Below, in pieces: positions 21,229 to 40,174 of a stretch of 64,000 bases of DNA (position 1 is its first letter; each line of letters starts with the position of its first letter). The stretch comes from Trueperaceae bacterium (GTDB taxonomy: Bacteria; Deinococcota; Deinococci; Deinococcales; Trueperaceae), in contig CBDCDZ010000004.1 in NCBI GenBank assembly GCA_965215565.1, positions 4,032,001-4,096,000 on the forward strand, written 5' to 3'. Below the pieces are notes generated by a model. That model saw only the letters and a list, made by a program, of their open reading frames with translations, was not told the origin of the DNA and made no database searches. Both the position numbers and the translations under genes were made by a program.

Positions 21229-21258
21229 TTGACACCTCTTAAAAGAGCGTGCTAGGCT
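21229..21258 (+). promoter_or_regulatory. sigma-A promoter of tRNA-tuf operon
   Basis: TTGACA-18 nt-TAGGCT with TG extended -10. Confidence 0.65.
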
Positions 21259-21297
21259 GTCAATTCGGGCATCGGTAAGTGACCGCTGCTTGAACGT

Positions 21298-21370
21298 GCC
21301 ACCCTAGCTCAATTGGCAGAGCACTCGATTTGTAATCGAAAGGTTGTCGGTTCGATTCCGATGGGTGGCT
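21298..21370 (+). tRNA. tRNA-Thr(TGT)
   Basis: Cloverleaf, acceptor GCCACCC/GGGTGGC, TTCGA T-loop; no encoded CCA. Confidence 0.93.
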
Positions 21371-21509
21371 TGAACAGCCCTGAGCAGGGCGTATCACGCC
21401 GTTACGAACGCTCACGTATCTATAACTAGATGCGGCCTGCTGCTCAGGGTGTCTCAGAGCGCTCACGTTGTATACATTTCTGCTCTGAGTTAAGCAACAA
21501 CTGGTGCGT

Positions 21510-21594
21510 GGGTCGGTGCCCGAGTGGTTAAAGGGGACGGACTGTAAATCCGTTGGCTACGCCTACGATGGTTCAAATCCATCCCGGCCCACCA
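21510..21594 (+). tRNA. tRNA-Tyr(GTA)
   Basis: Long variable arm, anticodon loop CTGTAAA, CCA end. Confidence 0.95.
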
Positions 21595-21817
21595 GGAAGG
21601 TCTTATGGTTTCGCTGCATCTACCTTAATGATGTGGTGAAGCTCGAGGACAAGCAGGCAGAAGGTATCAACAGGTTTTAGATGCCCTTTCAGGTTTCACT
21701 GACAGCGTCTATTGCTGGATGATACCCACCTCAGCAGGAAAAAGGTATTGTCTGTTGATAGAGGATACCTCTCTGGTAAAAGCGTGGTAGCGTTTATTGA
21801 TTGATGTTACCACTCGT

Positions 21818-21890
<73 letters not shown>

Positions 21891-21993
21891 TGAAAAACAG
21901 GTCCGCTTTTCGGATTGGGCTTTGCCCGTCCGAAGCGAGCGGAGCGAGTAACCTTGGTTAAGGTGCAGCCTGTTTTCAGAAAGGTTCGAGTAG

Positions 21994-22068
<75 letters not shown>

Positions 22069-22184
22069 ACTTAGAACCCAAACCTTTAAGAAGTCAGACC
22101 CGAGAAAAGGGATACTGGCTAGATTTTGACTGTCAGAACCTTATAGATAGAAGTATCTAGGAGAGACAGGAGAGGAACGGAAAG

Positions 22185-23402
22185 ATGGCCAAAGCGACCT
22201 TCAACAGAACGAAGCCACACGTAAACATAGGGACCGTGGGGCACGTGGACCACGGCAAGACGACTCTAACAGCCGCGATCACCTTTACAGCGGCTGCTGC
22301 AGACCCCACCGTCGAGACCCTCAGCTACGACATGATCGACAAAGCTCCGGAAGAGAAGGCTAGGGGCATCACCATCAACACCTCGCACGTGGAGTACCAA
22401 ACGAAAGAACGCCACTACTCGCACGTGGACTGCCCCGGACACGCCGACTACGTCAAGAACATGATCACAGGCGCAGCGCAGATGGACGGCGCAATCTTGG
22501 TGGTTTCGGCAGCGGATGGTCCCATGCCGCAAACGAGAGAACATATCCTCTTGGCGCGTCAGGTTGGCGTCCCCTACATCGTCGTGTTCATGAACAAGAC
22601 CGACATGGTGGACGACGAAGAGTTGTTAGAACTCGTCGAGATGGAAGTGCGTGAACTCTTGGATTCCTACGAATTCCCCGGCGACGACACCCCCATCGTG
22701 GCAGGCTCGGCACTTAAAGCTTTAGAAGCCCTAGGCGAAAACCCCAATACCCAAAGAGGCGAGAACGAGTGGGTGGATAAGATATGGGACCTCTTGGACG
22801 CCGTGGACTCCTACATCCCCACGCCCGAACGCGACGTGGATAAGCCTTTCTTGATGCCCGTCGAAGACGTCTTTACCATCACGGGACGTGGCACGGTTGC
22901 CACGGGTAGAGTCGAGCGCGGACAAGTCAAAACGGGCGAAGAGATTGCCATCGTGGGTCTTACCGACACCCGCAAGAGCGTTGTCACCGGCGTGGAGATG
23001 CACCGTAAGACGTTGGACTCGGGTATCGCGGGCGATAACGTGGGTGTCCTCTTGCGCGGCGTGCAGCGTGACGACATCGAACGCGGGCAAGTTTTAGCGA
23101 AACCGAACACCATCACCCCGCATACGGGCTTCAAGGGTTCGGTGTACATCCTCAAGAAAGAAGAAGGGGGACGCCACTCTGCGTTCTTCACGGGCTACCG
23201 TCCGCAGTTCTACTTCCGCACCACCGATGTTACAGGCGTGTGCACCTTGCCTGACGGAGTAGAGATGGTGATGCCTGGGGACAACGTGGAACTTGATGTG
23301 GACCTCATCAAGCCGATTGCGATGGAGGAGGGCTTGCGCTTCGCCATTCGTGAAGGGGGCAGAACCGTGGGTGCAGGCGTCGTGACTGAGGTGACAAAGT
23401 AA
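22185..23402 (+). CDS. tuf: elongation factor Tu
   Basis: [24 protein letters not shown]. Confidence 0.99.
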   Translation: MAKATFNRTKPHVNIGTVGHVDHGKTTLTAAITFTAAAADPTVETLSYDMIDKAPEEKARGITINTSHVEYQTKERHYSHVDCPGHADYVKNMITGAAQMDGAILVVSAADGPMPQTREHILLARQVGVPYIVVFMNKTDMVDDEELLELVEMEVRELLDSYEFPGDDTPIVAGSALKALEALGENPNTQRGENEWVDKIWDLLDAVDSYIPTPERDVDKPFLMPVEDVFTITGRGTVATGRVERGQVKTGEEIAIVGLTDTRKSVVTGVEMHRKTLDSGIAGDNVGVLLRGVQRDDIERGQVLAKPNTITPHTGFKGSVYILKKEEGGRHSAFFTGYRPQFYFRTTDVTGVCTLPDGVEMVMPGDNVELDVDLIKPIAMEEGLRFAIREGGRTVGAGVVTEVTK

Positions 23403-23478
23403 ATTAGAGAATCTGAGGGAGCGCAGCTTATGCCGTGTCTCTCTCTTCTCGTTTTAGCAGGCTATAGGAGATTAAGCA

Positions 23479-23643
23479 ATGGCGAGCGATGTAAGAATCA
23501 AGCTGCTGCTCGAGTGCCAAGAGTGCAAGCGCCGCAACTACACGACGAACAAGAACCGGCGCAACACCCAGGCGAAGCTCGAGCTGCGCAAATACTGTCC
23601 CTGGGACCGCAAGCACACCCAGCACCGCGAAGTTAAGGTGTAA
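23479..23643 (+). CDS. rpmG: 50S ribosomal protein L33 (absent from ORF track)
   Basis: Hand translation [62 protein letters not shown]. Confidence 0.97.
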   Translation: MASDVRIKLLLECQECKRRNYTTNKNRRNTQAKLELRKYCPWDRKHTQHREVKV

Positions 23644-23645
23644 GT

Positions 23646-23825
23646 GTGAATAGGGTTCTCAAGTATTTAAGGAACTCCCGCGCGGAACTCGGGCGCGTCA
23701 CCTGGCCCACCCGCGACGAAGTCGTTCAATCCACCCAAGCGACTCTAATCTTCGTGCTCGTTACGGCGATTTTCTTGCTCGCAGTGGACACGGTGTTCGG
23801 CAACCTCATCAACTTCGTGATCTAG
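23646..23825 (+). CDS. secE: preprotein translocase subunit SecE (absent from ORF track)
   Basis: Hand translation contains AELGRVTWPTRDE followed by a TM helix; between rpmG and nusG. Confidence 0.95.
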   Translation: MNRVLKYLRNSRAELGRVTWPTRDEVVQSTQATLIFVLVTAIFLLAVDTVFGNLINFVI

Positions 23826-23883
23826 TTTAGGACGTGACGTTTATGTCTAGCCACAGGGCACAGCTTATCCGCGGGGTCCGCGC

Positions 23884-24441
23884 ATGAGTATCGAATGGTA
23901 CGCCGTTCATACTTACGTTGGTCACGAGGAAAAGGTGCGCACGAACATGATGCAGCGTGCGAGGTCGCTCGGCATGGCGGATATGGTCTATCAGGTCATC
24001 GTTCCGTCAGAGGAGACTGTCGAGCACGCCGGCGGCGGCAAGAAAGAGGTCGTCAAGCGCAAGCTCTTTCCCGGTTATGTGTTCGTACAGATGGATTTAG
24101 GTGACAACCTAGACGAGCCCAACGAAGCATGGGAAGTCGTGCGCAACACGCCTGGTGTGACGGGCTTTGTCGGTACGGCGACGCGGGCGGTTCCTCTGAC
24201 TCAAGAGGAAGAAGCGCGGATGCTCGGCACGCTCGGCATCTCTGAGACGAAAGAGACGCCTAAAGTCCGTATCAGCTTCAACGTCGGTGAGATGGTGCAA
24301 GTCACCTCGGGACCGTTCGCGGACTTTACGGGCGTTGTCTCCGAACTCAACCCGGAGCGCGGCAAGGTCAAGGTTTTGGTCTCCATCTTCGGACGTGAGA
24401 CGCCGGTCGAACTCGATTTTTCGCAGGTTATAAAGAACTAG
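23884..24441 (+). CDS. nusG: transcription factor NusG
   Basis: [31 protein letters not shown]. Confidence 0.98.
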   Translation: MSIEWYAVHTYVGHEEKVRTNMMQRARSLGMADMVYQVIVPSEETVEHAGGGKKEVVKRKLFPGYVFVQMDLGDNLDEPNEAWEVVRNTPGVTGFVGTATRAVPLTQEEEARMLGTLGISETKETPKVRISFNVGEMVQVTSGPFADFTGVVSELNPERGKVKVLVSIFGRETPVELDFSQVIKN

Positions 24442-24591
24442 CAGGTATCAAGATCAGTCTCGCTTGCGCTCGGAACTGGTCAACAACGCGCTCACTCGCG
24501 AAGGCATAGAATTCGTGCGCACGTTGTGATTGGTGACATCTGCAAGAATCAAGAACTAGCTATTGAAGCGACTAAGTAGTCGATAGCGCTA
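24439..24591 (+). mobile_element. MITE family B degenerate copy overlapping nusG stop
   Basis: TAGCAGGTATCA...GCGCACG...TGACATCTGC, tail AGTCGATAG. Confidence 0.55.
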
Positions 24592-24592
24592 G

Positions 24593-24620
24593 AACCCCGG
24601 AGGCGCGACCTCTTGGGGGA
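24593..24620 (+). promoter_or_regulatory. Possible L1-binding autoregulatory leader before rplK
   Basis: CCCCGGAGGCGCGACCTCTTGGGG stem with GGAG/GACC-like internal motif just upstream of the RBS. Confidence 0.35.
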
Positions 24621-24634
24621 GCTAAGGAGGAAGT

Positions 24635-25075
24635 ATGGCAAAGAAAGTTGCTGGTATGGTCAAGCTCCAGCTACCCGCTGGCGGCGCGACCCCTGCCCCA
24701 CCCGTCGGACCTGCACTGGGTCAGTACGGCGCGAATATCATGGGCTTCGTCAAGGAATATAACGCGGCAACCGCCTCACAAGCGGGCGCGATTATTCCGG
24801 TGGAAATCACCATCTTCGCGGACCGTTCGTTCACCTTCATCACCAAGACGCCGCCCGCGAGTTACCTGATTCGTCAAGCGGCTGGCATCCCTAAAGGTTC
24901 AGGTGTGCCGAACAAAGAGAAAGTCGGCAAGCTCACCTGGGACCAGTGCTTGGAGATCGGGCGCGACAAGATGAAAGACTTGAACGCCGCCTCCGAAGAA
25001 GCCGCTGCGAAGGTCATCGCAGGCACGGCGCGTTCGATGGGCGTCACGGTGGAAGGAGCGCCCGTCAATGGCTAA
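24635..25075 (+). CDS. rplK: 50S ribosomal protein L11
   Basis: [19 protein letters not shown]. Confidence 0.98.
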   Translation: MAKKVAGMVKLQLPAGGATPAPPVGPALGQYGANIMGFVKEYNAATASQAGAIIPVEITIFADRSFTFITKTPPASYLIRQAAGIPKGSGVPNKEKVGKLTWDQCLEIGRDKMKDLNAASEEAAAKVIAGTARSMGVTVEGAPVNG

Positions 25076-25751
25076 GCACGGTAAGAGGTATCGGAGTTTA
25101 CTCGAGAAAGTAGACCGCAAAAAGGTCTACGCCCCCGACGAAGCCGCCTCCTTGGTCAAAGAACTCGCCACGGCGAAGTTCGACGAGACGGTCGAGGCGC
25201 ACGTCCGCTTAGGCATCGACCCCCGCAAGTCTGACCAGACGGTACGCGGCACCGTCGCCCTCCCGCACGGCACAGGGCGAGAGGTTCGCGTCCTCGCGCT
25301 GACGCAAGGCGACAAAGTCCAAGACGCCGAAGCTGCGGGTGCGGACTTCGTTGGCGGCGACGATATGATTCAGCGCATCCAAGAGGGTTGGCTGGACTTC
25401 GACGCGGTCGTCGCTACACCCGATATGATGGCGGCTGTCGGCAGCAAGCTCGGGCGCGTCTTAGGACCGCGTGGTCTGCTCCCGAACCCCAAGTCGGGCA
25501 CAGTCGGGCAGAACATCGGCGAAATCGTCAAGGCGCTCAAAGCGGGTCAGATCGAATTCCGCAACGACAAAACAGGCGTCGTGCACGCCCCAATCGGCAA
25601 AGCGAGCTTCGATGCGGCGAAACTTATGGAGAACTTGAGCGCGTTCCGTGCAGCGGTGGAAGCTGCAAAGCCGGACACTGCAAAAGGTCTCTACATCCGC
25701 ACGGTCTATCTCACCTCGACGATGGGACCGAGCGTTCAGGTGAACGCTTAG
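25068..25751 (+). CDS. rplA: 50S ribosomal protein L1
   Basis: [28 protein letters not shown]. Confidence 0.98.
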   Translation: MAKHGKRYRSLLEKVDRKKVYAPDEAASLVKELATAKFDETVEAHVRLGIDPRKSDQTVRGTVALPHGTGREVRVLALTQGDKVQDAEAAGADFVGGDDMIQRIQEGWLDFDAVVATPDMMAAVGSKLGRVLGPRGLLPNPKSGTVGQNIGEIVKALKAGQIEFRNDKTGVVHAPIGKASFDAAKLMENLSAFRAAVEAAKPDTAKGLYIRTVYLTSTMGPSVQVNA

Positions 25752-25854
25752 GAGGTATCATCTCGTTTCGGATGAGATGAATCTCTTCTGATTTCAGCAT
25801 CTCGGTGCGAAGCGGGCGGGAACGCTGCGGCGTTTTCACCCATGTACCTTACTG

Positions 25855-25906
25855 GCGTTGAAGATAGCAGGGGCTCAGCCAGGAGCTTAAACATCCTGCC
25901 GAGGCG
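25855..25906 (+). ncRNA. L10 leader (rplJ autoregulatory RNA)
   Basis: GAAGATAGCAGG...CTTAAA...CCTGCCGAGG matches remembered L10-leader consensus; upstream of rplJ. Confidence 0.75.
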
Positions 25907-26094
25907 CTAAGCATCGTCCGCAAGGATTATGTTTAGTACAGCTTCGCGGTTGACGTGGAGATAGTTTTGTGGCGGTGTTGCACAGAACAACTCTCAAAAG
26001 TGTAAAGAGCGTATCCTCGAGCGCACGAAATCTCAGAGCTTGACTCGCGGATTTCTTCCCAAACGAGATGATACCTCTCTAGGAAAGGCCCTCT

Positions 26095-26625
26095 ATGGCA
26101 AACCCCAGAAACACGGAGTCGGTCGAAGAGTTGCGCGGGTTACTCGCGGACGCTGTGACCTTCTTCCTCGTGGACTACCAGGGACTTTCTGCGGAACAAA
26201 TCGGCGCGTTGCGTGCAAAGGTGCGCAATGCGGGCGGCAGGCTTTTAGTCGCGAAAAACACCCTCATCAACGTTGTCCTGAAAGAACAGGGCATCGAGGG
26301 CTTTGGCGAAAAGCTGAGCGGTCCGACGGCGTTAGTCCTCATTGACGAAGACCCGGTGCAGCCTGTCAAGGCGCTCACCGACTTCGCGGACGACAACCCG
26401 AAAGACCTACCCACGCCTAAGGGTGGGCTCTTGCAAGGCAACATGGTAGAGGCGGAAGCGTTTGTTAAAATCGCTAAGCTGCCCACCCGCGACGAACTCC
26501 TCAGCGAGCTTGTCGGCGTCTTGCAAGCGCCTATGCAGCAGCTTGTCGGCGTGTTGCAAGCCCCCCCGCAGAACTTGGTATCCGTACTCAACAACTACTC
26601 AGAGAAACTCAAGGAGGAGCAGTAA
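26095..26625 (+). CDS. rplJ: 50S ribosomal protein L10
   Basis: DYQGL, VAKNTL, GPTA, LPTRDEL. Confidence 0.97.
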   Translation: MANPRNTESVEELRGLLADAVTFFLVDYQGLSAEQIGALRAKVRNAGGRLLVAKNTLINVVLKEQGIEGFGEKLSGPTALVLIDEDPVQPVKALTDFADDNPKDLPTPKGGLLQGNMVEAEAFVKIAKLPTRDELLSELVGVLQAPMQQLVGVLQAPPQNLVSVLNNYSEKLKEEQ

Positions 26626-27008
26626 TGGCATTTGATAAAGAAGCGATGATGGAGCAGCTCAGCGGCTTGACCGTGTTGGAGCTTGTAGATTTAGTCGAAG
26701 GTTTGAAAGACAAGTGGGGCGTCGAAGCCGCCGCCGCGATGCCCGCCGGTATGATGATGCCGCAAGGTGGTGGCGAAGCTGCCGCCGCCGCCGAGGAGCA
26801 GACCGAATTCACCGTGACGATTAAGAGCCCCGGTGACAAGAAGCTCAACGTCATTAAGGAGGTCCGCGCGATTACGAGCTTGGGTCTTAAAGAAGCCAAA
26901 GAACTCGTCGAGTCGGGCGGTACGGTTAAAGAGGACATCTCGAAAGAGGAAGCCGACGAGATCAGAGGCAAGCTCGAGGCAGCAGGCGCAACCGTCGAAG
27001 TCAAGTAA
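26625..27008 (+). CDS. rplL: 50S ribosomal protein L7/L12
   Basis: [27 protein letters not shown]. Confidence 0.98.
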   Translation: MAFDKEAMMEQLSGLTVLELVDLVEGLKDKWGVEAAAAMPAGMMMPQGGGEAAAAAEEQTEFTVTIKSPGDKKLNVIKEVRAITSLGLKEAKELVESGGTVKEDISKEEADEIRGKLEAAGATVEVK

Positions 27009-27010
27009 GG

Positions 27011-27093
27011 TAGCAGGTATCATCTGGTCACCAACGCTCTCAGTAGGAAAGCTACTGATGAGCACGCACATTAAAGGATGATACTTGCTGCTA
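27011..27093 (+). mobile_element. MITE family B core copy just after rplL stop
   Basis: TAGCAGGTATCATC...GCACGCACATT...GATGATACTTGC. Confidence 0.75.
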
Positions 27094-27106
27094 AGCACCA
27101 GATGCA

Positions 27107-27140
27107 GTCAAGGTGAGCCAGTAAGTTGGCTTACCTTGAC
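27107..27140 (+). terminator. Hairpin/attenuator between rplL and rpoB
   Basis: GTCAAGGTGAGCCA...TGGCTTACCTTGAC followed by pyrimidine tract. Confidence 0.55.
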
Positions 27141-27154
27141 CTCTTCTATCTCAA

Positions 27155-27263
27155 TATATGCTAGACTATTGAATTGGACTGGGCGCAGGTCTCATCTAGT
27201 TAGAGCAAGTCTCACGTTGTATCTCGAGCGCTGAGCCCTCACGCGCGGAAGATGAGACCTGCG
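27155..27263. mobile_element. MITE family B rearranged copy
   Basis: GCAGGTCTCATC...GATGAGACCTGC core with the tail module inverted on the left. Confidence 0.6.
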
Positions 27264-27612
27264 AGACTCAGAACGAGTCCAAAGATAATGGCACAGTCCC
27301 TCGAGGAGGTCCACAATGGCTTGCTCAATGTTTGGAGAGTATTATGCTTCCTATGATTGGAGCCCTGCAACATTCGGAAGCTTTCGGTAGGTGCTAGGAC
27401 GATTTTAGCCTCAAGCAACAATCTGTTATCTGTTCAAACCGGAGCATCTTGCTTCACGGTTCATTTTCTTTGTCAAGATTAGCAAAAATCTAAACGAGGT
27501 GGTGCGTGAGTTTTCACGAAAGCTTGAAATGTGCTGAACCGCGACTCACGCAAGACCAAACACCGCTCTAGGTCAATCTAGCTCAGTTTTTCACTGCATA
27601 TCACATTAAGGG

Positions 27613-31005
<3,393 letters not shown>

Positions 31006-31081
31006 AAACCGGTGGATAATGGTTAGTTGCTAATCACTGACAGCTCATCACTATCCGCCATTTTCCCGAAGGGAATACTGA

Positions 31082-35665
<4,584 letters not shown>

Positions 35666-35666
35666 C

Positions 35667-35895
35667 AAGCAGGTAGCATCTGGTCATAAACGCTCTAAGC
35701 GGTGAAGGGGTTGGTCAACGCGCACATTCATATAGCAGGTAGCATCTGGTTTGAGCCAATCTCACGAGATAAAACATTGTTTCACTGTGTGAAAACTGCG
35801 TAAGCAGCACGCACTTTGAGGGATGATGCCTGCGTGATTCAGGCTCAGTACTTCTGCTAACCGCTGTAGATGATGCCTGCGCTACTTCAACCCAG
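35667..35895 (+). mobile_element. Nested MITE family B pair after rpoC stop
   Basis: Inner copy 35733-35866 flanked by TA (35731-32 / 35867-68) inside the outer copy. Confidence 0.8.
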
Positions 35896-35901
35896 CATTA
35901 G

Positions 35902-35930
35902 AAAGAGCCGGACACGTTCCGGCTCTTTTT
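35902..35930 (+). terminator. Intrinsic terminator of rpoBC
   Basis: AAAGAGCCGGA-CACGT-TCCGGCTCTTTTT. Confidence 0.85.
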
Positions 35931-35949
35931 CTTTTGTTATTCTGGAGCG

Positions 35950-36327
35950 ATGGTTGTCGGTTTAGACCCTGGCAAGAATATTGGCGTGGCGTTCGTCAAT
36001 GCTAAGGAAAAGTTAGTTTATAGAAACATTATTACGCTAGAAGAGTTGCGGGGGCTCGAGCTTCCCCCCGGTATCACTATCGTTGTGGGTGACGGTACGG
36101 GCAGCGATAAAGTTCAAGAGGTGCTGCGTGAACGCGGTAAGACGTTTGCGCTGATGGATGAGCGGGATACAACGTTGGAGGGGCGCGAACTCTACTTCAG
36201 GGCGAATCCGCCGAGAGGTCTGCTTAGACTCCTTCCCAAAGGAATGCGCTCGCCGCCACGCCTTATTGATGACTATGCGGCGTACGCGATTGCGCTTAGG
36301 TTTTTGCGTCAAAATTGCTTTGATTGA
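35950..36327 (+). CDS. YqgF/RuvX-like RNase H-fold small protein
   Basis: VGLDPG, VGDGTGS, DERDTTLEGR, IDDYAA. Confidence 0.8.
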   Translation: MVVGLDPGKNIGVAFVNAKEKLVYRNIITLEELRGLELPPGITIVVGDGTGSDKVQEVLRERGKTFALMDERDTTLEGRELYFRANPPRGLLRLLPKGMRSPPRLIDDYAAYAIALRFLRQNCFD

Positions 36328-36328
36328 A

Positions 36329-37174
36329 CTATGAAGTTTTGGCATTGGGTTTCGGCAATGTCAAATCTACAGTTATACCGAAATGATCGCTCGCCCAAAT
36401 TCCGTCTACCGGCTCGTCGAAGACGAGTTCACAAGCCGAGATGTTCAGAGTAGGTCCACCGTGCTGTCCACACCGCACGAAAATATGGTCGATTCTTTTG
36501 TACGGCCAGTCCCAGTCCGTCTCTGTGACCAGCGGATTTCTAGTGGTAAACGTGTGACCCGGCTCGCTGAGGTGCACGCTGTCCCAAGCGTTACGGTAGC
36601 AAACGCTCACGCCGTCTAAAGATTGTTTACCAGCAAGAAAGCGCATGCTGGCAGCGTCGAGGCCGCCCGCTATGATGACGTGCATGTTTTGCTCTCTAAC
36701 CATAGCTTCGGTAGACCGAGCCGCAATTACGGTTTGCAACTCGCGCTCATACTCGTAATCTACTTGCCAATTGGGAAAGTGGTTGACGAGTAAGAGAGGT
36801 CCAAAGGGCTCCGGCGCTTGAATTTTAGCAATGAGCGTCGTGCAGGAGAAAGCTACTGTGCGAGGTGTGACGTTCAGATCAAGCTCGCGCACCTCTAGGA
36901 TGGGCCAGCGACTAGCGACCGAAGCGCCTTGACCGTCCTCTTCCCTCGCCTCTGAATTGACAATATGAAAGTCAGAGGGGAGTAAGTCGGCAGCTTGGTC
37001 GTAGTCACCGGTCACAATTGTCTCTTTTCAAGAGACGAGGTCTAGAGAGAGCTTTTTTATCCCGCTGATAAGAATGCGCCGTCGATCTTCCCAATTTGAG
37101 CGCCGACCGTAAAGGTTATGTGTCAAAACCCTCACGCTGTCACCATCAAATGAGCGTTGATTGCTGTTTTTCAT
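36329..37174 (-). pseudogene. Endonuclease/exonuclease/phosphatase (EEP) family, nonsense-disrupted
   Basis: VRVLTHN, DLVS*KE (in-frame TGA 37030-37028 in the LQE motif), RIDHIF, SDHFG; TATAAT 6 nt before ATG 37174. Confidence 0.8.
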
Positions 37175-37191
37175 CTGCGGATTATAAATGA

Positions 37192-37407
37192 TACGGATTC
37201 TGGTTGATTACTGCATAAACTCCTTCGGAGTTTCTTCCGTTATCACCGGAATCCGTATTTGTTGCTACTCGCTCAGGAGCCTTCAGCCGGGCGTATCATG
37301 CCGTTGTAGATGGCTTGTGCTGGCTATTCGTTGATATTACCACCGGCTGATGGCTCTTCCTCGGGATTAAACACGCTACTTTATAGCGTGTTTAACCGGC
37401 AAGGGTA
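37192..37407 (+). mobile_element. SRE-like element (family A), copy 3, with extra internal module
   Basis: Same ends and TGA flanks; additional GAGCC-TTCAGCCGG...CCGGCTGA-TGGCTC module. Confidence 0.75.
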
Positions 37408-37474
37408 TGACGCGCTAATTTTGTGTCTAGCGTGGTTATGCTCGAGTTGTAAAATAGATGAGTAGCGACAGTTC

Positions 37475-37789
37475 CTATTTCGTTAGATGAATTTCAAGCT
37501 CATCCATCGTCTTTAGAAATGCCGCCTCTAAGTCGACCTCATGCGCCTGCGCCAAAACTATCACCGACCATAAGCAGTCAGCGAGTTCGTGCCCCAGCTT
37601 ACCTTTGGCATCAGGGATATCTCTCACACCATTCATAGCTTGAACGAGCTTTGCCAAATCTCCTACGTCTCCTACAAACCCTAACGCAAGCTCTTCATCC
37701 GTCCAACTTCGCCCGTACTTGACCTCTTCAAATTCAGCGTAGAGCGCTCTAACCTTAGCGGCGCGGCGCGTCAGTTCGGCAAATTCCAT
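37475..37789 (-). CDS. MazG-like nucleotide pyrophosphohydrolase
   Basis: GFVGDVGDLAK, HELADCLW. Confidence 0.8.
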   Translation of the reverse strand: MEFAELTRRAAKVRALYAEFEEVKYGRSWTDEELALGFVGDVGDLAKLVQAMNGVRDIPDAKGKLGHELADCLWSVIVLAQAHEVDLEAAFLKTMDELEIHLTK

Positions 37790-37861
37790 CCTCACCTCTT
37801 CCAGAAAGCAAAAAAATAGACCAGGATAACCCTGGTCTCATAAAAACATATTTAGGGGTGC

Positions 37862-38368
37862 TTAGTTCAGATCGTCGTCGTCGCCCGCGTCCATCATGTT
37901 GCGCGCTTCTTTGGCGGTGATACCCATGACCGCACTGATTTCACCCGCTAAGAGGCGGAGTGAGCGGCGGTAAGCCTGGCGGTCTAAGTCGGGTAGACCA
38001 CGCTCTAAGTCCCAGCGGCGGAGTTCGCTCGCTAAGGTGGCGATTTGGTAGGGGTCGCCACTTGAAAGAATCTCGGTGACGCGGCGGTGACGCGCTGCCC
38101 ACTGCTTGGGGAGATTGATGCGTCCGTTATTGAGACGCTCTAGAACCCCTTGAACCTCTTTTTTCGTAAGCGCGGGGCGCAGACCGGCGGCTTGGGGTGA
38201 GGCAACCGGCACGAACGCTTTGGAAGTGCCGTTGGGAAAATCTACTTCGTAGTATTGATAATCCGAGCCCGCGACGGTGCGCACTGTCGTGCCTGAAACG
38301 ACGCCGACACCGTAGGGGGGCAAGACAACCTGGTCACCATTTTTGTAAGCTTTCTGTGATTCTTTCAA
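37862..38368 (-). CDS. carD: CarD-family transcription regulator
   Basis: GDQVVLPPYGVG, AFVPV, GLRP, conserved W in KQWAAR; AAGGAG before TTG 38368. Confidence 0.9.
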   Translation of the reverse strand: MKESQKAYKNGDQVVLPPYGVGVVSGTTVRTVAGSDYQYYEVDFPNGTSKAFVPVASPQAAGLRPALTKKEVQGVLERLNNGRINLPKQWAARHRRVTEILSSGDPYQIATLASELRRWDLERGLPDLDRQAYRRSLRLLAGEISAVMGITAKEARNMMDAGDDDDLN

Positions 38369-38764
38369 AGGTATACACTCCTTTAGTTGGCACATTCGAA
38401 TTAGCGCGGCGCTCGCTGAGCGTCAATAACGCAGCGCATTAGGGATTATGCGGGGTATGAAATCAGTTGTTTCTGGGATTATTAGGTGTGCTTGTCGCTT
38501 CAACGGAGAAGAGATGTAAAGCACAACCACGTGCATTATTGTAACAAATTTCTCGCCTATTTACTAGCGTCAGCCTACAGAGTATGAAGATTCTTACAGG
38601 GTAGGGGGACAGTAAATGGTGTACTCTCTCATCAACCGGGTTCAAAATGGGCGTCCCTCGGTATAAGGTTGGGTGAAGAGGTGAGGGTAGCCGAAGAGTA
38701 GCGCGAGAACACTACCGACTTGGTCAATGTTTGGTAAAGACCTCGAGAAGACTTTGGGAGAACC

Positions 38765-39673
38765 TCAAGGCTCCGAGGCGGCTCGGCTTGGCGCGGGCTG
38801 AGCGGCGCGGCTGTTGCGCGTGGTGAGCGCGACGCCGAAGAGCAAGATGAGACCACCTAAAATCGTGAGGAGTGTAGGCACCTCGCTGAAGAGGAGGAGG
38901 GCTAAGAGGCTCGAGCCCACGGGCTCCAACAGAATCACCGTTGCTACAAACGTCGGGTCTAAATGCTTCACCACGTAGTTAAACGAGGTGTGCCCGATGA
39001 GTTGCGGCACGAGGGCTAAGAGCGCAATCCAGAAGAGGGTTTCTAAGCTATAGCCTGTGTAAGAAAAGTTGAAAAAGAGCGGCAGTGGCAAGAGGACGAG
39101 TGCAGAGACTCCATAAGCGACTCCGATATAGGCTTGTAGTGACAGTCCGCGCCGCTGCGCCGCTCGCCCTAAAAGAAGATACGCCGAGGCGCAAATCGCC
39201 CCCATGAGCGCGAGCGTGTCGCCTAAGAGCGGCGCGCTCCCGCCACTGAGATTACCAAAACCGATGAGCGCCCCGCCGAGTACGGCGATCAGCACGCCCA
39301 TCAAGACCGTAAATGAGGGCGCGAGCCCCAAAAATATCCAGCTAAAGAGCGCTACCCAGAGCGGATTGGTAGTGACCAGAACGACGCTCGCCGCGACAGT
39401 CGTGTAGGACAAAGAGGTGATCCAGGTGGCGAAGTGTGCGCCTAGAAAGAGTCCCGCGAGCAGCGTGTAACCTACGTTCTCCCTGGTGAGCGGTGTTTCC
39501 TTGAGCGCTCTGAGCGTCCAAGGAAGTAAGACGAGGCTGGCGACGAGCATCCTGTACGCCGCCACGACCACGCCGGGCGCGTCGGCCAAGCGGATGAAGA
39601 TAGCAGCTAGGCTCACGGCGACGACGCCGCAGCCCAAGATGAGGTAGAGGCGTGAAGTGGCAGGCTGACCCAT
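38765..39673 (-). CDS. DMT/EamA family transporter
   Basis: About 10 TM helices, two EamA halves, HFATWITSL, LLEPVG. Confidence 0.9.
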   Translation of the reverse strand: MGQPATSRLYLILGCGVVAVSLAAIFIRLADAPGVVVAAYRMLVASLVLLPWTLRALKETPLTRENVGYTLLAGLFLGAHFATWITSLSYTTVAASVVLVTTNPLWVALFSWIFLGLAPSFTVLMGVLIAVLGGALIGFGNLSGGSAPLLGDTLALMGAICASAYLLLGRAAQRRGLSLQAYIGVAYGVSALVLLPLPLFFNFSYTGYSLETLFWIALLALVPQLIGHTSFNYVVKHLDPTFVATVILLEPVGSSLLALLLFSEVPTLLTILGGLILLFGVALTTRNSRAAQPAPSRAASEP

Positions 39674-40174
39674 AGTCGCATCGTACCCCTTGCCCAGCCT
39701 AGATGTAAGAGCAAAATGGTGTCACCTTTAGAATTGATATACAGTATTCAACAAACGGCTGTTTTTTAGAGTTGCAGCAATGACTCATAAAATTGCTAGT
39801 AAAATGAACAGCAGTTATACGAGGTTGCACGGCTTAAGTAGGTGCATCGAAATAACCTAAACTAGAGAATGTCAACGAAGTCCGTTCTGAGCGTAAAAAC
39901 TTCCTCGAGATTGTTTAGATTATTGAAGCCGAAGTACTTAGTTTTACAAACTAAGCCGTGCCCTTCACGGATGGGACGTAAACTCGGCCCAAGCCCGCTC
40001 TCAGGCGAAGCCGTTCCGCTAGGCTCTGCCTGAGAGCTGGACGGCTAAAGCTGAGTCGCTGAAAAGCTCTATGCACGAAATACAGCCGCGTGCTCCCGCC
40101 GTCGCATACGCTCCCGCTAGCCGCTAGGCGAAGCAACGCCCTCAGTTGGGGTAAGTAAACTGTGCAATTCTGTA

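Noticed and set aside
37028..37030. Selenocysteine or read-through TGA in the EEP gene
   Set aside because: Position corresponds to a hydrophobic residue of the LQE motif, and other catalytic motifs are also decayed, so a pseudogene is simpler.
39820..39967. CGAGGTTGCACG match to the IS end plus a GCACGGCTTA inverted repeat
   Set aside because: Only 10-12 bp of support and no target duplication; possible IS relic but not supportable.
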